The position numbers and the translations under genes are program-made. Shown here piece after piece: positions 25,701 to 37,500 of a stretch of 64,000 nucleotides of DNA (positions are counted from its first letter, which is position 1; every line of letters starts with the position of its first letter). The notes beneath the pieces were generated by a model. It was not told the DNA's origin and searched no databases. It saw only the letters and a program-made list of their open reading frames with translations. Origin of the DNA: Eledone cirrhosa. Its lineage: Eukaryota. The stretch is from NCBI GenBank assembly GCA_964016885.1, contig OZ024751.1, positions 45,570,001 to 45,634,000 on the forward strand. Direction: 5' to 3'.

Positions 25701-28389
25701 AACTGACCAACTGACTCAGGGCTAATCCACACATTTCTTCCCCCACCAGGTTCCATGGAGTCTAAACAAATTGGAGTTGTTGCAAGTAATTTCTTATCTG
25801 CCTGTCATTCCTGATAGATCAGACATGTGACCAAACATACACAGGTCAAGAATGGTGTACACACGAGTCTAGAAGAGGGATGGGGGGGGGGGTATGGGTA
25901 GCTGGCATATCAGCTTGGGGTCCAGAGAGTTAATGAGGGTGCCCAAGAATATCTGACAATGCCCCTAACTCTGAATAACAACAAAGACCTTTTCAGTCTC
26001 CTTGCATTTTATCCCCATTAACCACATCCCCGTCATATACATATACACACCAGTTTGATTTAGCCTTGCTAAATAAAAATAATAATAACTGTTTATACTT
26101 TTGGCACAAGGCCAGCAATTATCTCAGTGCATTACTGGTGCTTTATTTAATCGCCCCCGTAAAGATGAAAGGCAAAGTTAACCTCGGCGTGATTTGACTG
26201 TGCCTTTCATCCTTATGGGGTCGATTAAATAAAGTGTGGTTCGTCTGATGATGAGCCACATCCTATGCGGCTCACTGCTTGAAAAAGGTATATGTTATCA
26301 TCTATGCCTAGCATAGATGATAACATACACAGATAATAGTATACACATACACAGATGACAGCATACATATACACAAATAATAGTATACATATAAACAGAT
26401 GATCACATACACATACACAGATGATACCATACACATACACAGATAATAGCATACACAGAGATAATGTGTCAGGCAGAACATATCTGGTATCAGTGACAAT
26501 AATGAAAATATTTCACCCGATTCACTGGAATCATTCAGTATTATTTACACGTTTACTGTTAGGATTTGGATTAGGTTTAGAGTTAGAATTCTCTAATCGG
26601 ATCGTCTGAGTATATATGAGTGGAGCATGCAAAATGGATCCGGCAAATCGAACGAAATATTTTCATTTTCTATAAATAAGATTTATTGCCAACGATACCC
26701 AAAATATGCTAGGAAGAAAAAGATTGACAGAAATAGCTCCATGTATTTTTCTATCAGGAATTACTTCTCTTTACGAAGCACCTATAAAGACTGTACTGCA
26801 GGGATTTTTTTTAACCATTTTACTATTCCAGAGCCTCACATCCTTACCAAATACAAACCTGCCAACCTCTAAAAACCCAAACGGGGAGAAATGAGGCAAA
26901 ATGGGGAGATTTTACATAATGAAAGCTGTACCCATTTTCACAAGAGAAGACATCTCTCATCCACCCAAAGTAGATCTCCCCGTCGGACAGGGAGAGTTGA
27001 CAGGTCTGCAAATATGTCCCCATACTCCCCTCACCAGACTACTCAAATTAGTATCGTCAGCAAGACAAGACCTATAAAATACCAGTATGACATCAAAAGG
27101 CGTCAATAAGTTGGTTTATGGCCAACCAGATTCAGAACACGAGATAAATTGAGTATTGTAGGTCTGCTGATCATGTGAGTACACACGTGAAAACCCGGAG
27201 CAACAACAATACCCATAATAAAGAATATATATACCGTGTTTCGCCTATCATAAAATAGGTCTTTTATTATTCTTCCCTTAAAAAAAGGCACTAGGACATA
27301 TTTTCGAGGTAGGGCTTATATTTTTACACAAAAAATAACAGCACAAGAGTTTTGATAAAATATCATTATACTGATGTCAGATTATATTATAGAGTTAAAC
27401 ACAATATCATTAATAGAATTTATTATATTAGTAATTAGCAAGACTCTGAAAACCTGCGATTTATATTGTTTTATTCTCTCAGAAATGCGCCAGGACTTAT
27501 TTTCGGGATAGTACTTCTTAATTAAACCGTGTGGTAAGAATCTATTTAACTCGGCGCTGAAAACCTTGTCTTAGTTCGAACTGTTAGAAGTAAAACCCGA
27601 ATATCCTTCCAACTACACCATCTCAAAAAAATAAAAAGCGCATATTGTAAGGTAGTCTGTAAAAAAAAACAAATTATAAAGACGGTTTTGGCTTAATGCC
27701 CTTTGATCATAAGAAGACAGGTGAACCCGATTTGGAACACTAACAAATTATTTTTTTAATTCGATCATATTTAATCATACGGTGTCGTATATATGTGTGA
27801 GAGTTATGGTTTCATCATCAGATGTACGTTTGTTATTCTACAAAGACACACATGATTATGAAACGATGAAAATAACAAGAAATGAATGGCAAAAACGGGG
27901 AACATTATCGGAATGTCTTCGTTAGATAAGTGTAAAAAGTAAGAAATACCGAAAGGTCACATTTCTAAGAGTGGGTGTAGGTGTGGAAGGAGGGTTATCT
28001 AATGAATGGATGGAAACCTTTCGTTAGGAAAGGAAGGCAAGGACGAGTACAGGACGAAGAGGTTACACATAAATGTTATATATAAATAAATATATATATA
28101 TGTGTGTGTGTACATATATATAAAAGAATGGTTTTTCGAAGAGGAAGTGAAGGGAACCACAGTTAAATAAAGTACTCAATACATTAGTAGCGAAGGAATA
28201 TATCTAATCGTTTGAAATCAGTTCTAGTCCTGTAGAAGTCATATATATACATAGCCCATAGAGAGAGAGAGAGATGATACCTGTCCATAGTTTACTGGTA
28301 GATCCGACTAAGGAGAGCACGATCTTGGAAGATATATTCCATAACCTGCTCGGTTTGTTCGGAAACATCCATATGTGGTCAACGGGCAT
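21585..28389 (-). CDS. TAZ: Tafazzin (cardiolipin transacylase), 262 aa, 8 coding exons
   Basis: Exons (minus): 28389-28281 (109), 25150-25022 (129), 24228-24016 (213), 23273-23232 (42), 22858-22796 (63), 22663-22611 (53), 22406-22329 (78), 21686-21585 (102), total 789 nt, all GT-AG. Acyltransferase HX4D motif [12 protein letters not shown], plus [30 protein letters not shown] and LKWGVGRLI. Confidence 0.95.
22037..22261 (+). mobile_element. piggyBac-like MITE in the last TAZ intron
   Basis: TTAACTCTTTAGCAATTA ... TGAATGCTACAGGTTAA, with the family interior. Confidence 0.78.
23290..23998. repeat. (CAA/CAC/CAT) trinucleotide low-complexity tract, TAZ intron 3
   Basis: Compound trinucleotide repeat. 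Similar tracts occur at 11690-12050, 14535-14770, 48475-48658 and 62850-63540. Confidence 0.9.
24349..24818. repeat. 46-bp minisatellite, about 10 near-identical copies, TAZ intron 2
   Basis: Unit GGTTTTAGTAATTGGACTGTGGCCATACAGGAGCACTAAATTCAAG, head-to-tail with no spacers. Confidence 0.95.
27232..27515. mobile_element. Possible degenerate Tc1/mariner-pogo type MITE in TAZ intron 1
   Basis: TACCGTGTTTCGCC..AAAATAGGTC start and GACTTATTTTCGGGATAGTA end. The internal TATTTTCGAGGTAGGGCTTATA block recurs at ~29250-29332. Confidence 0.4.
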
Positions 28390-31108
28390 CTCTGTCCGGT
28401 TGGGTTTATTAAACCTTCATGTAAGCCAAAACATATAGAACGAAATCCGGTGAACCGGTGCTGATCAATAAAGTTCTCCTGAGTTAAAATGTTCTGCTAA
28501 ACTGTACTTTATGTATTATGTAAACTTTAACAAGAAAATTTCATGTTTTCACTATGGTATTGTTATTTAAACTCGGTTCAGTTTTGATCAAATAGGGGTC
28601 AATATAATCGTCTAACACCGCCCGCCCCTACAAAAGAAAAATTGTGACCGACTCTTGTGCCTAAAGTTTTTTTTTATTATTTCTTAACTATACGTGCAGG
28701 TTTAACTGTGTAATAAAGAAGTTTTCTTCGTAATCACATAGTTCCGGATGCGATCCTTGGGGAAAGTGTCATCAATTATTATTGCCTCGTGGAAGGGATA
28801 ACGATAGACGTTATGCATATATAGGCATTCTTATAGACTAGAGTCGAAAATAAAAGGAAGGGGAAATTGCTAATGATATGAAAGTGAATGCCAGATCTTT
28901 TCCGATATATTACGAGTGATTTCAATCAAACTGAAATATACATACACAAAATATTGAAAATACGGGTTAAGAAAGAAACTCAAGGTTTAAGGAAAGAAAA
29001 AAAAAAGAAAATCCTGATACAAATACGACAGTGATGAGTTTTCCCCCTTGTTCTTTGTTCGTACCAATTATTACAACTATCTACAATATTAAAATAAAGT
29101 TAGAAAGCGCTTTTTTTTTTCACGGCACGTAAATATCACGAATATCTAAAGTAAAAAAACGGACTGTGGAAATACAAGAATAAGAAATAAGTTACTGTAT
29201 TTTCAGGGGAGGCAACTCCTCGTCATATAATGAGTGGGGTGTTTGTATATATCGTGTTTTCGCTATTAAGACAAATCTTATTTCCCTAAAAAAAAAAAGA
29301 TACTTGGGCTTATTTTCGAGGTAGGGCTTATAATAGATTTAAAGGCAAAGACGTGTAACTACAGGGAGTCAAGAACACGACAAAGGGGATATAACGAAAA
29401 CGAAATGTCAAATTATGATACTTGCTACATGTAAACAGTTATTAGTGTAAGAGGTTACATGGTAAAATACATAGGACTGAGGAGTTAAATGACAGAGAAT
29501 CATTGATCTATACTGCTTTTCCCCTACAATTGTACCAAAAACTTAGATAGGAATCAACGTTATCGTTTTATAAATACAGCGAATATACCATTTAGTGGAA
29601 TCGCCACAGAATCGGTAGAGCAGCAGACAAGTGCCTGTTGGCATTTAACACAGCGATAGAATTGGATTTTGTGGACTAGGGGTACGCTAATGTCTGTAAG
29701 ATTGAGATTGGGAAAGAAACGGGCTTGTCTTCAGCCTATCGAAACTAAAAAGTAGGGGAAAGCCGCCTTCCCCTGCCCAAACACCTGTTTTCATTGCAAG
29801 TGTTCCCTCCCAGTTGTTCTCTCCTAATCTACAGGTGTATTTTCCCTGTGGTTTTTGATGCGTTTTGAACGAATCTGGCCTTCAAAACTATCGGAAATTA
29901 TTCATTATTTAACTATGTAGGGGAGGGCACCATCGAAGTCTTCGCTTTGGAAATGAATTTGTTTGTTGTTTTTGTTGGTTGATTTTTTTGTGTGTTTTGA
30001 ACGAATGTGGCTTTCAAATTTGTCTAAAATTATTCGTTGTTTTTTTTAGAGATGAACGTTTACTTTAAATTTTACATTAAAAAATACATATATTTAGTTA
30101 TGATTGATAGCCGTTCCACAGCGAATGTAGATAACTGGATCTACTAGAAAATTCAGTAAACAAGAGACACTGCCAACATAACAGTCTTGGGGTATAACGT
30201 ACAATTTTCATATCAACTAGGGAAGGAAAAACAATATTTTACGTTACGGATGTAATTATAAAAATTTGTCGAAAAAAATTAATTCCTTAGTTACATCACG
30301 AGGTTAATTGAGCCGAAGTAACTTTTGTTTTGCACCTATGCAGAATCAATAAAATAAAATACATTACCAGTAAATCGATTTTATACTAATTAACCAGAGT
30401 ATTATGGGTTTTATGTTTGTCTTATAAATTATTATTTTATTCATAATTGTATAAATAACATTACAAATTGTTTCACATACAAATAGATTCGTGGAACCTT
30501 ATAAATATATTACACAATTCTCTCGCTTTGATTATATATTTTTGTGTATTATATTTATAAGATTCTTAGCAATAATTAATTTGTAACTTTATTCTACCAT
30601 AAATTTATACAACTGTAATAAAATCAATTAATTGATTTATCTATATAATCTGATATATTTGTTATATTTGTAATGTTATTTATACATAGCGAATAAACTT
30701 CCTTTAAAAAGAAAACAATAAAAACTTTACCATCGTAAAAAATATATATATATATATAATCAAAGCGAAAAAAATAAACATCAATTATTATTCCTATATT
30801 TAAAAAGTAGAGGTACTTAACAACTTGCTACAACAAATGAATTTTTTTTTAAACCGCTCAAACAGTAATTTTTTTTTTTTTTATTCACTGTTATAAAAAG
30901 AAATATAATACTTGTTTCTACTTTTATAATACAAATGCTTACAGATGAAAGCACAAACAAATATAGAAAGGAAAAACAAAACAAAAAAGAAAGAAATTAA
31001 TTACCAGATAAGAGAGGAACGGATATTGAAATAGTCAATATATTAAATAATATATCAACACTAATTTATTTACGTTGACAAAACTTCTACATGCTTGTCA
31101 ACTCGAGA

Positions 31109-31116
31109 TTTCGCGC
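31109..31116 (+). promoter_or_regulatory. E2F-type site TTTCGCGC upstream of POLK
   Basis: Exact match to the TTTSSCGC consensus about 430 bp upstream of the POLK ATG, in the TAZ/POLK divergent intergenic region. CpG is otherwise rare here. Confidence 0.35.
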
Positions 31117-31541
31117 GTTTTCCCCCACCCACCATACAGAGCTAATTAAGAAAAGGACCACATATATATATAATCTATCTTACTCTCGGACACTTAGATT
31201 AGTTAAGTATGTTATTTAGATATATTTAAAATTGATATTCTTTTCTTCAGGGAATTGTTTTTAGTCTAGTATTATAGTTGAGAAGTTGTGTTATTACGAA
31301 GTGATTGTTGATGACCGTTGATTCTTCATTAGTTATTTGCCTAGTGTGATTTGTTTATTTTTGCAGATGAGTAAATATCGATGGGACAAGTATTGATCAG
31401 TTGGGTCAATTTATCGATGGATGCTATGTTATTTTGTGTTGTTTTACACACAATAGCTATTGTTTATGGTGAGTAAACAGGGAGAGATACGCCGTGAGAA
31501 CACGCCAACCATTGTCACGGTTGAGAAAATACGACAGAGGA

Positions 31542-34500
31542 ATGGCATGTGGTACAGAAGAAAATGCTGGACTTCTGTCCAGGCTGGGACTAAATGATAA
31601 CAAAGCTGGAATGCAAAACTTGGACCGAGAGAAAATCAACCAGATTATATTCGAAGCCTCGAAAGGTGAGTGAATTAAATAAAGGCCCACATCCCATATT
31701 TTTTCTGAATTCGTCTTTCTTATATAATACATCAACTACTATAATTTATATCTCCCTTATGCCAGTAACACACTAAAGATAGATTCGATCCCCTAGAAAA
31801 TTTGACTGGGTGTCTGGTGCTTATGGCGAAGCATAGGGTACCTGTTAGATCCGCATATCCCTTAACAAATTCACGAGAGAACCGACGTAGTCGTTCGACG
31901 TAACCCAGTCTCTTTCTTAAATCACATACTACTGTCTATAAAAAGTAAAAGCACATTGACTAATGTAGTCCTAAAGTCACTATGCCTAAAAAAAAGAAAG
32001 ACATGATGGTAACTAGCTAGGATACTTCTGATCATAGGTCGACTTAGTTCAGCCACCTGGGGCTATACAACAAGAACTCCATAGTATTGTTTATTTTAGT
32101 GTTTTGACAATAAAAGGAAATTTTCTAAATACTCTTGGTCGCTCGTCTTAAGGATTTCGGACGTAACACTTTATTTTATTGACCTCGGATGAACGAAAGA
32201 TCGAAGTAGAAGCCAGCGTTAATCGAACTTGGAACGTATATATAATCTTTGACGGTGCAGCTATTTTTTGTCCCTGCCTTAATATTTTTCTCACGTGTGA
32301 TACTCATAAGAGAAAAAAAGTTGTCGAATTCCATTGGAGTGGAGACTAAAGGTAACATGGATATACATTACGTAGATAACAACATATACACATACATTGT
32401 GTCACACTGAATCTCCCTGAGAACTACGCTAAAGATGCACGTAGCTGTGGAATGCTCAACCACGTTACACATTGGTTTCACAAGCAGGAAGTTCTGTTGA
32501 TTGAATCACCTGGAACACTTGTTTTTGGAGAACCGCAGAGGTCCAACGATGACATAACGAGTTAAACAACCATGCAGAGGCTACCTCAGTAGTTTAAAGT
32601 GTTAAATAGTAGCCAAATTTCTCACAGGTTTAGGCCCCATCGCCACCACTGGATGGTACTGATCACCTCACACACATGAACACAAATACTTTCCAATGGT
32701 GCACCTCTCAGATTTAGAAAATAGAGTTTATAAACGTTCCTTGTGAAATAATTCCCACCCAGAGTTCTGAAGCACGCCACGTCACCCCCATTGCCATCAA
32801 ATCTAGCAACAAGCCAGCATAGGTTATCCCTTACCACCTTAAAAAAAGGAAGGTGTCAGAGAATGTAGTGTAATAGTCGTAGATATACAATGTCTCTACA
32901 GACTCTGATGGTCATGAATGAAGTGGCTTTGATCATAGATCTTTAATCATAAATCATAGGTTTGCATGGTTGACTTAGGGTTAAACAACAACAACTACTA
33001 CAACAATTATTACTTTGTATTCTCTTGTCAGGTTCAAAATATTTTGAAAATGAGAAAAAGAAAGATAAACAAGTTGATATAAAAATTGGCGAACAGAGAG
33101 AGAGAATTGCCAACTTCAGTGAAAAGGAAATACAGAAAGCTGAAAAAGAGGTATGTTGCGTCTGGGGATAAGGTGGGGTGAGGGGGTTTAGTAGTGGTGA
33201 TTCTAAGGTAGAAATGATCATCTTAACCCTTTAGCATTTACATTACTCTATATATGCTATTGTATTTTTATGATAAACACTTTATTTCACATAATTATCT
33301 CACATAATATCAAATCTACAAGATTTTGATATTATTTATTTTGAGAACCTTAATGTCAGTATGAGCAGCCAGTATGAATAGAAAGAGGTGAGAGAATTCT
33401 GGCTGTATATAGTCGGTTTAAATGCTAAAGGGTTAAACTGTGTGTGAAATTTGTGTTGGATCACAGCAGCATAAGTGGAAATCTATAAATTGACTGTTAT
33501 CTTTCAGGCTGATGTTTTTCTGAAGAAACTGGAAGAGAAAAGAGACTTGAGCCGAACTATTGTACATATCGACATGGATGCTTTCTACGCTGCTGTTGAA
33601 ACTAGAGACAATCCTTCTCTTCTCAATAAACCTATGGCTGTTGGAAGTACCTACATGCTTGTAAGTTTATATATATATATAATATAATTGTCATATTAGT
33701 GTAGAGTATGTATGTCTATATGGAACCATAACTCCTGATGAACTTGTAGGGGTGCCATATAACGTATTTTGGCCGTGTGAAATAAAGTGTCTTGCTCAAG
33801 AACATAGTGCACCACCAGAAATTATTGAACTCATGACTTCACAATCACGAGCCAAACATCCTAACCTCTAAGCCATTGGTCATAGGCTGTGTTTCACTGG
33901 AGATATGGTAAGAAACAGGATTAAATGCCATATGACAGTCTCTGTTTGGTTTGAGTATGATTGTTAAAATGTATCTTTTTGTTTCTCTCTAGAAATGTTA
34001 TATTTGTCTTTTTTCTGTCTAAATTAATTGTCCTTTATTTCTGTATTTCTTTTTAATGAAGTCAACTTCTAATTATATTGCACGTCGTTTTGGAGTGCGA
34101 GCTGCCATGCCAGGTTTCATTGCCAAAAAGTTATGTCCACAACTGGTGATAGTTCCACCTAACTTCTCTCAATACGCAGCTGTGAGTAAGAAAGTCAAAG
34201 ACATACTTGGTAAATACGACGAAAATTTTTCTTCGATTGGTTTTGATGAGGCTTATTTAGACATCACAGATCATCTGAAACTTCGCAAGACACTCCCGAA
34301 AGAGAAACGAACTGTGATATGTCATACTTGTGACCGGTTAGATCCACGCTATTGCTATTGTGACCCTAATAATTCTGACCTTGAATCCACTGAAAAAGAA
34401 GATCTTAAGGAAGTCGAAGATAATGAAATACCAAATACTAACCAGTTCCGTTTTCAAGAACAAGAAAAAACTAACTTGATACAAATAGAAAGTCATTTGT

Positions 34501-37500
34501 TAGCAGAGGGACAGAGCATTAAAATGTGTCCCTTGTGTAAACTAGAAGTCCCTAAATACAGGGAGGAAGTGTTTGGTGTGTCAAGAGAAGAAGCCGTACA
34601 AGAAATCCGACGTAAAATTGAACAAAGAACTCGGTTGACAGCTAGTGCTGGTTAGTTAAATATTTTATTTACATTTTAAATGGCATTTATTATTTATATC
34701 TTCCATATTTTTTTTACAAAACTTTCTAACAGCAACATTTTAATTATCCATTGTAACACTCAGACATATCCATTGCCTTTAATTTTTCAAAATACACCAG
34801 CCATCTTGCATTGTTGTAGTCTTCTTAAAACACACTTAAATCATTTAGGGAAGAACACATCAATTGTTTGTTTAGTTTTTGCATTTGAAAAGAGGGTATT
34901 AACCCCAAAATATTATGTTGAAATATACTGGGTAAGAAAAACAACTTTTTGTTTTATTTGTCATCCTTTACCCTTTATATATTTCTACCACATTGTATCT
35001 GCTTTCTGAAATACTTAGTCATTTATTACCTATCTTACAATGATTCATATTAACTATATTATTTTACACTACTTATAATTTGTTTCTTATCTTCTTAAGG
35101 AATTGCTGCTAACACATTGTTGGCCAAAATCTGCTCGGATAAAAATAAACCCAACGGTCAGTTTAGTCTTCCTCACATTGGAGAAGTTATAAAAGATTTC
35201 ATGACTGACCTCCCTATAAGAAAAGTGAGTATTATTGCCTCTCCTTCCTCTTCCTCTTCAGTATTTCTTTCTTATCCAAGAAAGAAAAGAACTCCACTAT
35301 GTTTTCATCTCTCTCTTCCTCTCCTTGTTTATTCATCATCAGCTCCATTATTATTATTATTATCAACATCATCATAGAATAGATACACAGTATTCCTGTG
35401 TTGTATCAGGCAATTAAAAGGGTTATGATGGGTATCTGGCCCTAAAACATTGCCTTAAATAGGATCTCATGATGTATATGAAGCCTGTTATGGGGACCAC
35501 AGTTAACCCCATCTCTAGCAGGGAAAAGGGACTTTTTTTTTTTTTTAGTTTTTAGTGTTTTTACTGTGTGTGATTTCTATTTTTAATTTTGAGGTGTGTG
35601 GTATTGGTAAAGTGACCGAGAAGATGCTCCAGGGTATTGACATTATCACCTGTTCTCACCTGTCTCAGCAACGAGCTCTACTGCAACTCTTATATTCTGA
35701 CACTTCATTCAACCATTTCATGTCTGTCGCTCTTGGCATCGGTTCAACATGTGTTGAAAGGTTTGTAAAGATTTCTTCTAGTTTTTTGTTTTGTTATTTA
35801 TATTTTATTTTATTCTTTTCGGCCCCAATACCATCTGAGGGGGTCTGTTCTAATCCAAAGTCTCTTTAGGCCGGTGCTTATCCCAAGTTTCCTTTTCTTC
35901 TTTTTCAGTGATGGTGAGAGGAAAAGTGTGAGTACTGAACAGTAAGTCTTTCAGTTCTAACTTTAACAATAAGAACAAGATCATCTTTAAATGTTTATTT
36001 TCACCATCGTCATCATTGTTAAATGTTTATTTTCCATGTGAGCGTGGGTTAGACGAGTTGTGACATGGGACAGCATAATGTGACATTTCTAACTCTGATA
36101 TCTGTGAAACTTCTACTAAAATGGTAATTATGTGTTTTCAGAACATTTTTCGAAATCAGTGAACCAACTCAGTTGTATGACAAATGTCTGGAATTAAGTA
36201 AAATATTATCTTCTGATCTCCAAGAACAGAATCTCATGGTAAGTATATCATCATCATCATCATTTTATGCCTTTTCCATGCTGACAAGGTCGTTACTGTC
36301 ATACCAATAAGCTATAGCTTAGGGTTACACATCCTCAGCGGCCTCATTTTTTAAATATATTATCAATCTGACAGCTCCTGACCCCTAGTCAAATAACATA
36401 ACTGTCTGTTGTGAACGTCTAACCCCGAGACACACATGACTTGATGGTCCCTTAATATGATGTTCTCAAATAATTCTTTTAACACTTTAAACAGCTCCTT
36501 CTTATGTTGTTTTTTTACAGGGTCGAACTGTCACATTGAAAATAAAGACGATAGATTTTGATGTGAAAACCAGGTCTCAGTCCCTTCCTCGACATACAAA
36601 TGATGAGACACAGATCAATAATATGGCTAGAAATCTACTTAAAACAGAAATTGAAAATTCAATGCCAAAACCTTTAAGGCTTCGTTTAATGGGTAAGAAA
36701 TAAATTTCTTTCTGAATTTAATCCCACTTGAAACTTTGAGAAAGGACAGATGTTGATATTCACATCAGACTAAGGAGACTATATTTCCATTGCATTGAAT
36801 TTCTAATGCTAGTAGTATCTGTTGGTCTCAACAACTGCTAGAAGTGTTATTGTTCTTCCACAGACAGGATTTAAATTCAAAACAGATAATACAATTAATA
36901 TTTTCTCATATTTATTTGTAGGTGTCCGAATGTCTAATCTTATTCCATCATCTCAGTGCTCAAAAAAGGAGAGTATAGAATATTTCATGAAGAAGGAGTC
37001 CTCTACCAGTGCTACAACTTTACCTGCTGTCAGACATGATAGAATGAATACAGATGAATGCCAAAATATAATGGTGACAAATCAGAGTGAAAATCATGAG
37101 ACTTCTGGTGTTGAACGACAGGAGAAAAGTATATCTGAAAGTCCTGGTCATTATTGTCCAATTTGTGACCGGAAATGTCCGAAGAATTTGAGGTTGTTTA
37201 ATGCTCACATTGATAAGTGTTTGCTGCAGCAATCTGGCGAAAATGATCGGAAATCAAAGAGATCCTCTCCAATAATATCTGATGCAGATTTTGAAGATTT
37301 TTCACAATTTTCCACCTTGAAAGTTCCTCGTAAGACTAAGAAAAAGAACAAAATGACTCAGAAAAAGATTATCTTTGAAGAATCTTTAGCTGCAAATAAA
37401 ACTCCCACTGATTTCTGTATTGAAAAATCTTTAACGTGTAAACATGAAAATTTTCCTAAAACTGAAAATGTTTCAAAGCAAATAGAAAACAGTGAAAAAA

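Noticed and set aside
26245-26292. CTGATGA-TGAGCC...GGCTCA-CTGCTT-GAAA as a hammerhead
   Set aside because: Six extra bases lie between stem II and GAAA, and there is no convincing stem I or III.
28271-28280. TAZ intron 1 donor GTATCATCTC as a possible U12-type site
   Set aside because: It deviates from GTATCCTT at key positions, and I saw no CCTTAAC branch site near the acceptor at 25151.
36822-36921. 5' part of the 859-aa ORF as a separate gene start
   Set aside because: Intronic. The POLK exon begins at 36922 after TTTGTAG, in phase with LRLM-G.
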